Part shown: positions 40,335-50,218 of the stretch, piece after piece
How positions within the stretch are numbered: position 1 is the first letter of the stretch
How the letters are laid out: every line of letters begins with the position of its first letter
Source of the DNA: Faecalimonas sp.
Lineage (GTDB): Bacteria; Bacillota; Clostridia; Lachnospirales; Lachnospiraceae
Assembly (NCBI GenBank): GCA_045630205.1
Contig: JAZQSP010000009.1
Coordinates: forward strand, 3,055-67,054
Direction: 5' to 3'
Length of the DNA: 64,000 nucleotides
The notes under the pieces: generated by a model
What the model was told of the DNA's origin: nothing
The model's input: only the letters and a program-made list of their open reading frames with translations
Database searches by the model: none
Program-made: the position numbers and the translations under genes

Positions 40335-40487
40335 ATGACTATATTAGCAAAACCTAGCAACAAAGTACCTGTCATTCGAGTAAATGATAGAGAGAAATTT
40401 GTGGAAGCATTCAACAATAGTATGCCTTCAAAAGAACTTCTCGAATCTTGCGAGAAAGCGGGCGAGTTGTTTGGACAAAAAAAATAA
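40335..40487 (+). CDS. Small putative antitoxin, 50 aa (not in the ORF track)
   Basis: RBS GGGAGG followed by MTILAKPSNKVPVIRVNDREKFVEAFNNSMPSKELLESCEKAGELFGQKK*; overlaps the GNAT gene. Confidence 0.65.
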   Translation: MTILAKPSNKVPVIRVNDREKFVEAFNNSMPSKELLESCEKAGELFGQKK

Positions 40488-41130
40488 TGTACACAAATTT
40501 GTCAATACATTCAATCCCGATATCTCTGTTATGAACATAGATTGTCGGGATTATTTATTTGATTTTGATGCCGGAATTGGCAATGAAATTTTTAATGATT
40601 TTTTAAAGAGAGAGGCAAATGAATATCGAACTAACGGCAATGGTGTGACATATATCATTTGGAACAATACATATGACAATGAGGCAAAAGAAGCTAAAGA
40701 TATTGTTGCATATTTTACACTATCTGCAAATGCTATTCCATACATAGACCGCATAAAGCTTGATGAAGATGAAACAACAACATGTGGTATGAAGTATGAT
40801 GAGCAAACCTGGGGCATTCCTGTATTAGAAATAAAAATGTTTGCAGTAAACAATAAATACCAAGACGTGTTTTATATGCATAGAGGCCAAGCATTACCTA
40901 TTGCAGCATGGTGCTTGTTGGCAATTATCAACTATGCTAAGTTAATGCTTGACACTGTGTTAGGATTCAAGGCATTATTTTTGCATTCTATTTTGGAGGC
41001 AGAACAATTTTATCTAAAAAATGGCTTTCAAGACGTGACGTATAACATGCTGCCTTTTACCTCAATTGATTCAGATATGAGACCAATGTGGTTGCCACTA
41101 AAAAATATTCATATGAATTACGAGAAATAA
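40471..41130 (+). CDS. GNAT-fold toxin-like acetyltransferase (start uncertain; TTG at 40471 preferred)
   Basis: FDAG....FNDFL, GVTYII, VAYFTLSA, IPVLEIKMFAV...YQ, ALFLHS...AEQFYLKNGF. Confidence 0.7.
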   Translation: MDKKNNVHKFVNTFNPDISVMNIDCRDYLFDFDAGIGNEIFNDFLKREANEYRTNGNGVTYIIWNNTYDNEAKEAKDIVAYFTLSANAIPYIDRIKLDEDETTTCGMKYDEQTWGIPVLEIKMFAVNNKYQDVFYMHRGQALPIAAWCLLAIINYAKLMLDTVLGFKALFLHSILEAEQFYLKNGFQDVTYNMLPFTSIDSDMRPMWLPLKNIHMNYEK

Positions 41131-41160
41131 AGTTTCCAAAGATATAACTACATCGAATTC

Positions 41161-41460
41161 ACAGTTCCAGATGCATATGATTTCGTCAAATTCCCAAAAG
41201 TATCAAAACGTAAGAAACAATTCAAAGAAAATGAAGGAGGCAATGAAGAAATGTGTGATTTAGTGGAAAATTATGCAAAAGAAAGAGCTGAAGAAGCTAC
41301 AAAAGAGGCTACGGAAAAGGCTGCTAAAGAAGCTGCCGATAGTGCCAGAAAACTTTTTGAAAATGGAGTAAGTTATGAAATTGTCAGAGCCTCCATCCGT
41401 ACGATAAGTGATGAGGATTTACAAAAAATCTATGAGCAGGTGACTGGCAACAGTAACTAA
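41161..41460 (+). pseudogene. 3' remnant of an Rpn / PD-(D/E)XK nuclease-family-transposase gene with an intact internal small ORF (41251-41460)
   Basis: In frame ..DAYDFVKFPKVSKRKKQFKENEGGNEE-MCDLVENYAKERAEEA..ARKLFENGVSYE; the EGG codons form the RBS AAGGAGG. Confidence 0.6.
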
Positions 41461-41470
41461 CATTACAACA

Positions 41471-41499
41471 GGGGGAAATCGGTTTATACCGATTTCCCC
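41471..41499. terminator. Bidirectional hairpin terminator
   Basis: ggggaaatcggt ttat accgatttcccc. Confidence 0.7.
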
Positions 41500-41515
41500 A
41501 ATTCTTCTTAATAAA

Positions 41516-42085
41516 TTACTTCCTCTTCTTTACGCTATACCCAAATGTCCCTATCTGCTGTCCCAGACTCCGATACTCCCCATGTGAGTACGCCATAAGC
41601 CCCGTTTCATTCAGGCAGAACTTTCCTGTCTCGTTTATATATTCATCACTGACCTGCACGGATACAACCTCAGCCATGAACATGGCATGACTTCCGAGTT
41701 CTTTCACCTCCGTCACCTTACATTCGATATTCACCGGACATTCTTCAATAATCGGTGCATATGCAAGTTCATTCGATTTTCCACGAGTCAGCCCCGTCTC
41801 TTTCCATTTATCCACATCGCGTCCCGAGCGAACACCGCAATAATCGGTTGCTGTCGTAAGTGCCTCTGTCGTCAGATTCACGACGAATTCACCTGATTCT
41901 TTTATCATGTTGTAAGAATATCGCTCCGGTCTGACAGAGATGTACAGCATGGCCGGATTCGTACAGATAGTTCCGGTCCATGCAATTGTAATGATATTCG
42001 TGTTGCCTTCTTTGTCACCGCAGCTCACCATCACCGCCGGAAGCGGATAGACCATGTTGCCCGGTTTCCAAGTTTGCTTTGCCAT
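41516..42085 (-). CDS. Flavin reductase family protein
   Basis: PLPAVMVS, NIITIAW, ISVRPERYS, GEFVVN, ECPVNIEC, LGSH. Confidence 0.9.
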   Translation of the reverse strand: MAKQTWKPGNMVYPLPAVMVSCGDKEGNTNIITIAWTGTICTNPAMLYISVRPERYSYNMIKESGEFVVNLTTEALTTATDYCGVRSGRDVDKWKETGLTRGKSNELAYAPIIEECPVNIECKVTEVKELGSHAMFMAEVVSVQVSDEYINETGKFCLNETGLMAYSHGEYRSLGQQIGTFGYSVKKRK

Positions 42086-42097
42086 AAGTTCTCTCTC

Positions 42098-43753
42098 CTA
42101 TTGTTGTAAATGAATGACAAACGTTGGAATTAGTTGTTTCTTACGCGACACAACGCCTTCCAAGTGAATGTCCTCTGTATCAGCCGGCAAATCAAATGCT
42201 TCGATTACCTGCTCTTTTGCACGTTTGCCATAACATAGTAATTCCGTAGATTCTTCCACGATATTCGTAAGCATGAAATACACCATATCCAGTCTGTGTG
42301 TATTTGCGGCCTTCTCCAGATATGGAAGTAGTCTCTCTTTGATTTCACTCAGCTCTTCTGCATTCATGGAGTTAATCTGTCCTACGCCGAACTTCACATC
42401 GCCAACTGTAAAATGTTTGAAGTCCTGGAAGCAGATTTCTTTTGCACTCTTGCCTCTCAGGTTACTTCCTGCCTGGAACATATTGTCCGCCAATTCTTCC
42501 ATATCGATTTCTGCAATTCTTGCCAACTCCTCTCCTGCTTCACGGTCTATCCATGTGCAGGTTGGAGAGCGGAACAAAAGTGTATCCGAGATAATCGCAG
42601 AGCAAAGGAGTGATGCCATTATCTTATCCGGAACAATTCCATTTTCCTTATACATATTGTAAACGATAGTTGCAGTACATCCTACCGGTTGATTTCGGAA
42701 ATACACCGGCCCTACCGTCTCCAGACTTCCCAGTCTATGATGATCAATAATCTCCAGAATCTCTGCCTCATCAATTCCATCCACCGCTTGCGTTTTTTCG
42801 TTATGGTCAACCAAGATGACACGTCTCTTGTCCGCATCCATCAAACGACGGCTGGAAATGAATCCGTAAAATTTCCCTTCCTTATCTACCACAGGGAAAT
42901 CTCGCGTACGTTTCTTAGTCATAATATCTTTGATATTTTCCACATAATCTGTAGTATTGAAAATGGTAAGCCCATCTTTATCCATAAAATACTTCACTGG
43001 AATACTCTGGTTAATCAGTCTCGATACCGTAAATGTGTCGTGAGGCGTCGTAATTACAACGATATCACGCTCTTTAGCCAACTTCGTAATTGTCTTGGAA
43101 ACCTGCGCACCCTGACATATCACTAGGCAGCTCGCATCCATCTCAATTGCGCAAAGTTGTGATTCGTAACGATTTCCCAAAATAACCAAATCATCTTTTT
43201 CTATGTATGTCTCCATCAAATCCGGACTGGATGCAGCCACCGCAACCTTACCCTTAATAAAATAAGCATGCGGATTACCGGTCACTACTTCTCCGTCAAG
43301 CACATCCACAATATTTTGATACTGGGTTCTTGCTTTTGCCAGAATCTCATTGTCATATACATCCATATAGGACATCGCAATGTTCTGCGTACTGATGACA
43401 CCTTCTAATTTGTCATCGCGTGTCACCGCAACCGTATACACATTGCGCTCTTTCATGAGCGCCCATGCCTCTTTGATAGACATGTTACTACTAATACCAT
43501 TCATGCGATTGACATCGACATCCTGCACGCGGAGATGAACGTTACCCAGAAGTTTTGGAGCTTCTACTCCAAATCGTTCTAACACATATTGCGTCTCCTC
43601 ATTCAACATGCCTGCACGCATCGGCACAAAGCGATACTTGTCCCCCGCAATCTGTCTTTTTAAATCTGCATAAGCGATTGCAGAACAGATAGAATCCGTA
43701 TCCGGGTTCTTATGTCCTACCACATATACTTTCTTGGTCTTTATATTTTCCAT
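42098..43753 (-). CDS. ppaC: Mn-dependent inorganic pyrophosphatase with CBS/DRTGG insert
   Basis: GHKNPDTDS, LVDHN, IIDHH, SDTL, SRKKQ. Confidence 0.93.
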   Translation of the reverse strand: MENIKTKKVYVVGHKNPDTDSICSAIAYADLKRQIAGDKYRFVPMRAGMLNEETQYVLERFGVEAPKLLGNVHLRVQDVDVNRMNGISSNMSIKEAWALMKERNVYTVAVTRDDKLEGVISTQNIAMSYMDVYDNEILAKARTQYQNIVDVLDGEVVTGNPHAYFIKGKVAVAASSPDLMETYIEKDDLVILGNRYESQLCAIEMDASCLVICQGAQVSKTITKLAKERDIVVITTPHDTFTVSRLINQSIPVKYFMDKDGLTIFNTTDYVENIKDIMTKKRTRDFPVVDKEGKFYGFISSRRLMDADKRRVILVDHNEKTQAVDGIDEAEILEIIDHHRLGSLETVGPVYFRNQPVGCTATIVYNMYKENGIVPDKIMASLLCSAIISDTLLFRSPTCTWIDREAGEELARIAEIDMEELADNMFQAGSNLRGKSAKEICFQDFKHFTVGDVKFGVGQINSMNAEELSEIKERLLPYLEKAANTHRLDMVYFMLTNIVEESTELLCYGKRAKEQVIEAFDLPADTEDIHLEGVVSRKKQLIPTFVIHLQQ

Positions 43754-43889
43754 ATAGACACCTCTTTTCTCTTTCTTAGGTTACCATTTTTCTGAAGTTT
43801 TTACAAATATTTTCACATATTTATATGTGCAAATGAAAAAAATATGTTATACTATGTGCATCTTATGAAAAAATGCGAGGTATATCATA

Positions 43890-44567
43890 ATGAGCGAAGA
43901 ATTATTACAGACAGAAACTATGGCAGACCTTGAGGAGCATTTTGACGATGCAAACCCATGGAACATCATTGCAGACTATCTGGAAAAGAAAACCGTACTT
44001 CCGGTTAAAATAGAAGGAATCGTAAACGGCGGTGCTATCGCCATCGTGGAAGGAATCCGCGGATTCATCCCTGCTTCTCAATTAGCGTTATCATACGTTG
44101 AGAATCTAGAAGAATACTTGTTGAAAGATATTGAAGTTCAGGTAATTGAAGCAAATCAATCTGAGAATCGTCTGATTCTTTCTGCACGTAATCTTTTAAA
44201 AGAGCAGGCAAGAAAAGAAAAAGAAGCACTTGTTAACAGCGTTGTAATCGGTTCTGTTATGACAGGAACCGTTGAGACAATTCAAAACTATGGTGCATTT
44301 GTTCGCCTGGAAAACGGTCTTTCAGGCCTTGTACATGTTTCTCAGGTTTCTGACAAACGTATCAAAACTCCTGCTGACGTATTAGAAGTTGGTCAGGAAG
44401 TAAAGGTCAAGGTAATCGGAATCAAAGAAGGAAAAATCAGTCTCAGTATCAAAGTTCTTATTGAAAAAGAGAAGAAAGAGGAAGAAGAAGCTGTAAAGGT
44501 TGAGATTCCAAAGGCTGAAAATATCGGCACAAGTCTTGGAGATTTGTTTAAGAACATCAAATTATAA
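43890..44567 (+). CDS. S1 RNA-binding domain protein (two S1 domains)
   Basis: RGFIPASQL; YGAFV..GLVHVSQVS..ISLSIK. Confidence 0.88.
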   Translation: MSEELLQTETMADLEEHFDDANPWNIIADYLEKKTVLPVKIEGIVNGGAIAIVEGIRGFIPASQLALSYVENLEEYLLKDIEVQVIEANQSENRLILSARNLLKEQARKEKEALVNSVVIGSVMTGTVETIQNYGAFVRLENGLSGLVHVSQVSDKRIKTPADVLEVGQEVKVKVIGIKEGKISLSIKVLIEKEKKEEEEAVKVEIPKAENIGTSLGDLFKNIKL

Positions 44568-44623
44568 TATGTAAAACTACAAAAGTTCCAGAATCACATA
44601 CGTGATTGTGGAACTTTTTTGCT

Positions 44624-44857
44624 CTATTCATCAAATCCAACCAACAAATAAAATCCTCTTTCGTTTTCGCGAATTTCTTTGATAATCCCGGTAGATGATT
44701 TAATTCTCTGATTACTTCGATATATTCCTGACATTGCCACAGAAGGCTCCACCAAATAACTATAGAGACTTCCATTTACACGCTCTGTGACATTGACAGT
44801 CTGTCCCTCTTCTACCAAACCCTTGCGCTCCATTTTAAACAATTCTTCTCGCATCAC
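44624..44857 (-). CDS. Small hypothetical protein
   Basis: 77-aa ORF with plausible RBS filling the gap between genes. Confidence 0.6.
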   Translation of the reverse strand: MMREELFKMERKGLVEEGQTVNVTERVNGSLYSYLVEPSVAMSGIYRSNQRIKSSTGIIKEIRENERGFYLLVGFDE

Positions 44858-45003
44858 ATTTCACTTCTTTCTTCTAATGTAATAAGAAGATTATACACCT
44901 GAATGTTAATAAATGAAAGTTTTTCTATCAAAAACACTTGTCATAATTTTTTGTAGTGCTATAATAGACAAGGTTATTGATTTTGAACGACAGGGGGATT
45001 ATT

Positions 45004-45594
45004 ATGAAGGACTTAAAACCGAGATTTCGTTTACATATTGGAATGCGCAATATAAAGACTGCTCTTTCCGCAACACTTTGTGCACTGATTTATTTTCTGT
45101 TCTTACCAAACCGTAACCCAACCTTTGCATGTATCGGTGCAATCTTTGGAATGGGAAGCGACACAGAGGATTCTAAATTAAATGGTGGTAACCGTCTGTT
45201 TGGAACTATCATCGGCGGTGTGCTCGGTATGTTGCTTTACCGCATTTACATTATCTTTTATCCGGATGGATTATTTCATTATCCTCTGCTGATATTCCTT
45301 TTTATCGGATCCATTCTCTTGGTTATGACGAGTTTGTTTTTCCGTTGGCCAGGTGCAATTCAACCGGGCGGAGTTGTACTTTGTATCATCTTCTTTAACA
45401 TCTCGGTTGATACTTATGTACAATATTCCCTGGACCGTATCTTCGATACTGCATTTGGTGTAATGTTGTCACTTGTAATTAATATGTTCTTCCCGAGGGA
45501 AACTATTGTGAGCGCACTCAATAAAATAGGCGTTCGCAAGGATGTTGTGGATAATAGCGAAGTGATTGAGGAATTAGACGAAATTGAAGAATAA
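45004..45594 (+). CDS. Aromatic acid exporter / FUSC family membrane protein
   Basis: IGMRNIKTA, NRLFGTIIGG, RIFDTAFG. Confidence 0.82.
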   Translation: MKDLKPRFRLHIGMRNIKTALSATLCALIYFLFLPNRNPTFACIGAIFGMGSDTEDSKLNGGNRLFGTIIGGVLGMLLYRIYIIFYPDGLFHYPLLIFLFIGSILLVMTSLFFRWPGAIQPGGVVLCIIFFNISVDTYVQYSLDRIFDTAFGVMLSLVINMFFPRETIVSALNKIGVRKDVVDNSEVIEELDEIEE

Positions 45595-45636
45595 TAATAA
45601 GGACAACCAACTTTGAATATTGGTTGTCCTTTTTGT

Positions 45637-46419
45637 TTATACAAATGGTATCTCTACTTCCGGAATCATGACTCCCGGCAATTCATCTGCTGTTGCAATT
45701 CCTTTCTGAAGTGCTTCTGCTTTCACTGCAGAATAGAATTCTGCGTACGTTGCATGCATATAAGGGTTGACATAGAAGATATTTAGAATTCCACCTGTAA
45801 ATGCACCGAGAATATTCCATCCCAAGAATGACAGGCCAAGCACGAATGCTTCCCACTTATGTCCTCTCATCATCTTACGACTAATCTGGAACACGCGTTT
45901 CGTATCCAAGTTGCTGTTCTCTGCAACAATATACGGAACCATCATATAGGAATAAGTCTTAATAATACCCGGTATCCAGAATAATAATGACCAGAGGAAT
46001 ATATACAAACCTTTGCGGAACATAATAGAAACGGTACTCGTGTATCTTCCACCCTGAAATCCGTAAAACACCTGTCCTACATTTGTCTTATGCTCTCTAT
46101 TCTCGATGAAATAACGATTGCAACCAACCTGTGCTACATTACTCACGAAAATCAGCATGAAAATTCCTACTACCAAGCCTATTATGATTCCCAAACCTAC
46201 CGCAAAAATGATTCCCGGCGGTATCTGCGCAATCAACTCCTGCACAGACATTTGCCCATTGAGGATATCTTCTACCTCTTGTGTACTTGTATTACTGCTG
46301 CTGACGCCAAGTCCGCCGCCCATCAAAAACATTGCAATTGCACTGACAGCAACACACAACCAATAGTTTCTTTTAAATGCTACTTTCGCATTTTCTTTTA
46401 ATAATTGTCTTGTCCACAT
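45637..46419 (-). CDS. DUF975 family membrane protein
   Basis: LKENAK..F, LWSLLFWIPGIIK.YSY, SRKMMRGHKW, LSFLGW. Confidence 0.88.
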   Translation of the reverse strand: MWTRQLLKENAKVAFKRNYWLCVAVSAIAMFLMGGGLGVSSSNTSTQEVEDILNGQMSVQELIAQIPPGIIFAVGLGIIIGLVVGIFMLIFVSNVAQVGCNRYFIENREHKTNVGQVFYGFQGGRYTSTVSIMFRKGLYIFLWSLLFWIPGIIKTYSYMMVPYIVAENSNLDTKRVFQISRKMMRGHKWEAFVLGLSFLGWNILGAFTGGILNIFYVNPYMHATYAEFYSAVKAEALQKGIATADELPGVMIPEVEIPFV

Positions 46420-46463
46420 AATCTTTCAGTACCTCCCCGGCTCAATCATAAGCCAATTTAAAA

Positions 46464-47873
46464 CTACTCCTTACCGTCAAAGCAATATGTACATACCTTA
46501 CATGGTTCAATTCCGATGGACTCAAGCAAATCATCCAAACGGAAATATCGGAGCGTCGTGAAATTCTGTTGTTTTCGAATCTCCTCTACCATCGCATTGT
46601 AGCGTTCGCTATTCGGGTCTGTATATTCGTGCAGAACATTCTCTGCATTCTCGCCTTCTAGTTTTTGAATCATCTGACGTGTAATCAAATCCAACTCCGA
46701 TTTGGAACGTGAGAAATTCAAATATTTACAACCATATACAAGCGGCGGACAGGCAGGTCTTACGTGTACCTCCTTTGCCCCACTGTTGTACAAGAATTCG
46801 GTTGTCTCACGAAGCTGTGTTCCTCGAACAATAGAATCATCAATGAGTAACAGTTTTTTATTTTCAATCAAACTTGGCACAGGAATCAATTTTCTCTTTG
46901 CAACCAAGTTTCTCTGTGCCTGATCTGTCGGCATAAAAGAACGTGCCCATGTCGGTGTGTACTTGATAAAAGGTCTTGCATACTGAATACCCGACTCGTT
47001 TGCATATCCGATGGCATGTGCAATTCCCGAATCCGGAACACCGGCAATCAAGTTCGGCTCAACATGTCCTTCATCACGTTTTGCCATAATGCTACCGCAT
47101 TTATAGCGCATCTCCTCAACATTTACACCCTCATAAGAAGAGGTCGGATAACCATAATATACCCACAGGAAGGAACATACCTTCATGTCCTTCTTTGGCT
47201 CTGAAACTGTCTCCACTCCCTCAGGTGTCATAAACACAATCTCACTTGCACCTAATTCTTTATAATTCTCATATCCAAGACTATAAAATGCAAAATTCTC
47301 AAAAGAAGCACAGTAACCATCTTTGCCCTTCCCGATAATGACCGGGGTTCTTCCGTAACGGTCACGTGCCGCATAGATACCGTCTTTTGTCAAAAGTAAC
47401 ATTGACATGGACCCTTCGATAATACCCTGCACATATCGAATACCTTCTACAATAGAATTCTTTTTACATATCAAAGATGCTACCAATTCTGTTGCATTTA
47501 TCTGTCCTGTGGTCATCTCCTGGAAATGTGCATGCCCACCTGCATAAATTACTTTCAGCAAGGAATTCATATTGTTAATCTTACCGACAGTCACAATTGC
47601 GAAGCTTCCCAAATGGGATTGAATAATAAGTGGTTGTGGCTCATAATCGGAAATACATCCGATTCCGAGATTTCCCTTCATCTCTGCCGCATCCCGTTCG
47701 AATTTTGTACGGAACGGAGAGTTCTCAATATTATGAATAGCACGGTCAAATCCATCCTTGCCGTACACTGCCATTCCGCCACGTCTTGTTCCTAAATGTG
47801 AATGATAATCCACGCCGTAAAATAAGTCTAAAACACAATCTTTTCTTGAAGCAACACCAAAAAATCCGCCCAT
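46464..47873 (-). CDS. purF: Amidophosphoribosyltransferase (variant without the N-terminal Cys)
   Basis: GVPDSG, PRPP loop LIDDSIVRGT, Fe-S cysteines (KVC, GCKY, CTYC); N-terminus MGGFFG. Confidence 0.88.
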   Translation of the reverse strand: MGGFFGVASRKDCVLDLFYGVDYHSHLGTRRGGMAVYGKDGFDRAIHNIENSPFRTKFERDAAEMKGNLGIGCISDYEPQPLIIQSHLGSFAIVTVGKINNMNSLLKVIYAGGHAHFQEMTTGQINATELVASLICKKNSIVEGIRYVQGIIEGSMSMLLLTKDGIYAARDRYGRTPVIIGKGKDGYCASFENFAFYSLGYENYKELGASEIVFMTPEGVETVSEPKKDMKVCSFLWVYYGYPTSSYEGVNVEEMRYKCGSIMAKRDEGHVEPNLIAGVPDSGIAHAIGYANESGIQYARPFIKYTPTWARSFMPTDQAQRNLVAKRKLIPVPSLIENKKLLLIDDSIVRGTQLRETTEFLYNSGAKEVHVRPACPPLVYGCKYLNFSRSKSELDLITRQMIQKLEGENAENVLHEYTDPNSERYNAMVEEIRKQQNFTTLRYFRLDDLLESIGIEPCKVCTYCFDGKE

Positions 47874-48069
47874 GTATTTTCTCCTTCTCTATGTACAAAC
47901 CAATTTTTCTAATACACAATACCAAACTAAGTGTAACACAAAAATAGTTCGAGTGCAAAAGAAACTTCTAAACAACACACACAAGCCCGACTAATAATGC
48001 TTGTAACCACGAAAAAAGTTTTATATAATATACATATATTGGAAGTTATCTAAGGAAGTTGGTGAAAAC

Positions 48070-49101
48070 ATGAAACTCATACAGAATGACAATTATAAAG
48101 TGGCATTGGAGATTACCGGATGCAATGGGATGGAATTTCCTTTCTACTCATCCAAAATATTGGAATGTAATAACTTAGAATTATTACATGCGATTCTGAC
48201 TTGCGGTATGCCTTCTCAGTTCTTATCTGCATGGCATCACGAAAAGCGTACACAAGAATTTATTTCAAAGATTTCCATGTTTGAAACCAATCTTTCTGTA
48301 TATGACGATGGTTATCTCATCAAATCTCCGGAAACGGAATTTTTAGATGCCAGTGAAAAAAGTGTTAACGCCTACTATCTCGGCCTCATTTTCACCAAAC
48401 TATTCAGCATGAAAGAATTCGAGGTTGATTACTTCCTACACACCACGATATTCGAACAAGTCTACGGCACAGACTCTTTTACTTGTAACGGACGCAAGAA
48501 ACCCTCCTTCGTCGGATATACCAAATTCTCTGACGAGTGGAGTATATGGGAATCAACCGGCAAACGCGACCATGCACCAAAAGCTTTGGATGATGCTTTT
48601 AACCAGGTACTGGCCATCCGCTCTGTCAATGACCAGGCGCCAAGCTACGCAATGGCATGTATGACATACTTTGATACAAAACACGGAGAATTGCAGGGCA
48701 TCTTAAGAAATGCTTCTGCGGGAAAGAAAGCAAATATAAGTTTTAACAAAGAGCAATTCCTGACACTGTACTACCGACATATCTGTGAGATTTTTGATGA
48801 ATCCCTGCGTCGCAAACCATTTGACAGCGTGATTGATTACATAGACGGTTACCTGGAAATTGAATTGGAATTGTTCGGTCTGAATATTGACGGAACAGAT
48901 AAAGATGAGTATCTCCGCAGACGCCGCATCAAACTCGGCGTTCCAAAAGACATTTTGGGATTTTTCCAGTATAACAAAGGGCACTTCGCAGATAGCAATA
49001 CGCTTACATCAATCGTTGACTCGATGAGTTTGAACGCGATGGACTTTAATGATAAAAGCTTCTTTATGGGAAGAGATGGAATATATTTCCGCATTATTTA
49101 A
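48070..49101 (+). CDS. Hypothetical protein, possibly a degenerate PD-(D/E)XK fold
   Basis: 343-aa ORF with its own promoter-like TATAAT and an RBS; LDASEKS..AYYLG, KPSFVG, WESTG. Confidence 0.7.
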   Translation: MKLIQNDNYKVALEITGCNGMEFPFYSSKILECNNLELLHAILTCGMPSQFLSAWHHEKRTQEFISKISMFETNLSVYDDGYLIKSPETEFLDASEKSVNAYYLGLIFTKLFSMKEFEVDYFLHTTIFEQVYGTDSFTCNGRKKPSFVGYTKFSDEWSIWESTGKRDHAPKALDDAFNQVLAIRSVNDQAPSYAMACMTYFDTKHGELQGILRNASAGKKANISFNKEQFLTLYYRHICEIFDESLRRKPFDSVIDYIDGYLEIELELFGLNIDGTDKDEYLRRRRIKLGVPKDILGFFQYNKGHFADSNTLTSIVDSMSLNAMDFNDKSFFMGRDGIYFRII

Positions 49102-49170
49102 ATTTACTTTTTATGGTACGCATGTTATAATCTTGCAGGTACGAACGATTTGCTGCAGGAGGTGTTATAA

Positions 49171-49371
49171 ATGGCAAAAACAAGTATGTTTGTAGAATAC
49201 CAGGGGAAACAAGTAGAAGACAAAGCAATCATTGCTGCTGTTAAGAAAGCTTGGACAGAGGCCGGAAATAAAGTCGGCGATATGAAAACCGTGGAATTGT
49301 ACATAAAACCGGAAGAAGCTTCTGTTTACTACGTAATCAACGAAACAGAAACAGGAAATGTAGAATTTTAA
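49171..49371 (+). CDS. DUF6465-like small protein
   Basis: ELYIKPEE...YYVIN motif; RBS AGGAGG. Confidence 0.8.
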   Translation: MAKTSMFVEYQGKQVEDKAIIAAVKKAWTEAGNKVGDMKTVELYIKPEEASVYYVINETETGNVEF

Positions 49372-49426
49372 TTTCGATTGAACATAAGATAAAAGGACGC
49401 GCCGAGGCACGTCCTTAAATTATTTG

Positions 49427-50218
49427 TTACAATTTATGATAGATTCCCTTTCTGTTTTCGAACGTGCATACATACCCAAACACCTCTTTTGCAATCTCAA
49501 GGGCCTGAGATATATACTGTCCCACTCTTGTGCCATCGTGTGCATCCGAACCTATGGTAATGATTTCACCGCCCAACTCTTTGAATCTCTTGATGAACTC
49601 TATGGAAGGAAGGAAATCCCCCACTCTGTCAACACCGCTTGTGTTTATCTCCATACCGATTCCCTTTTGGGCAATCGTCTTCATAATTTCATCGCAAATA
49701 TCAGAATAATCTTTGTAGTACAGTGACTTTTGAGTAGGGTTGTGTGACGATTTACACACATAGTTCAGATGACCCAGAACATCAAAGTTGTGATGTTTTT
49801 TTACACATTCAAGCGTCTGTAAAAGATATTTTTCGAATGCGGTGTCCATCCCGTTATGTGTCCAAAACTCCTCAAAATAGGGATCATATCCACCGGCGTA
49901 ATGCACCGAACCAAGCACGAAATCAAAGTCATAAGAAGCAAGTAATTCATCAAGTTCCTTCTGATTCCACTGGGTAAGACCAAATTCAACTCCTCGGCGA
50001 ATGTTAACTTTATCAGACTCTAGTGAATCATAAGTATCACGATATTGTTGAATTGTAAATATATCTCGTTTATCAACAAAAACATCATTAAAATCATAGT
50101 GGTCTGTAAAACAGATTTCTTTCAATCCCAACCTTTCTGCAGCAGCCACGATATTACATGGCTCACAGGTTGAGTCAAATGACAACTTACTATGTAAATG
50201 ATAATCAAACATTCGCAT
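49427..50218 (-). CDS. PHP-family histidinol-phosphatase (HisJ-like)
   Basis: DYHLHS, FTDH, GSVH, LGH, EINTS, GSDAH. Confidence 0.88.
   Translation of the reverse strand: MRMFDYHLHSKLSFDSTCEPCNIVAAAERLGLKEICFTDHYDFNDVFVDKRDIFTIQQYRDTYDSLESDKVNIRRGVEFGLTQWNQKELDELLASYDFDFVLGSVHYAGGYDPYFEEFWTHNGMDTAFEKYLLQTLECVKKHHNFDVLGHLNYVCKSSHNPTQKSLYYKDYSDICDEIMKTIAQKGIGMEINTSGVDRVGDFLPSIEFIKRFKELGGEIITIGSDAHDGTRVGQYISQALEIAKEVFGYVCTFENRKGIYHKL

Noticed and set aside
41128-41130. Programmed readthrough fusing the GNAT to the downstream Rpn-like frame
   Set aside because: The stop is TAA with no recoding signal seen, and in-frame adjacency has about a one-in-three chance after a deletion
45546-45554. Perfect DnaA box TGTGGATAA inside the FUSC gene
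   Set aside because: An isolated 9-mer in coding sequence, compatible with chance
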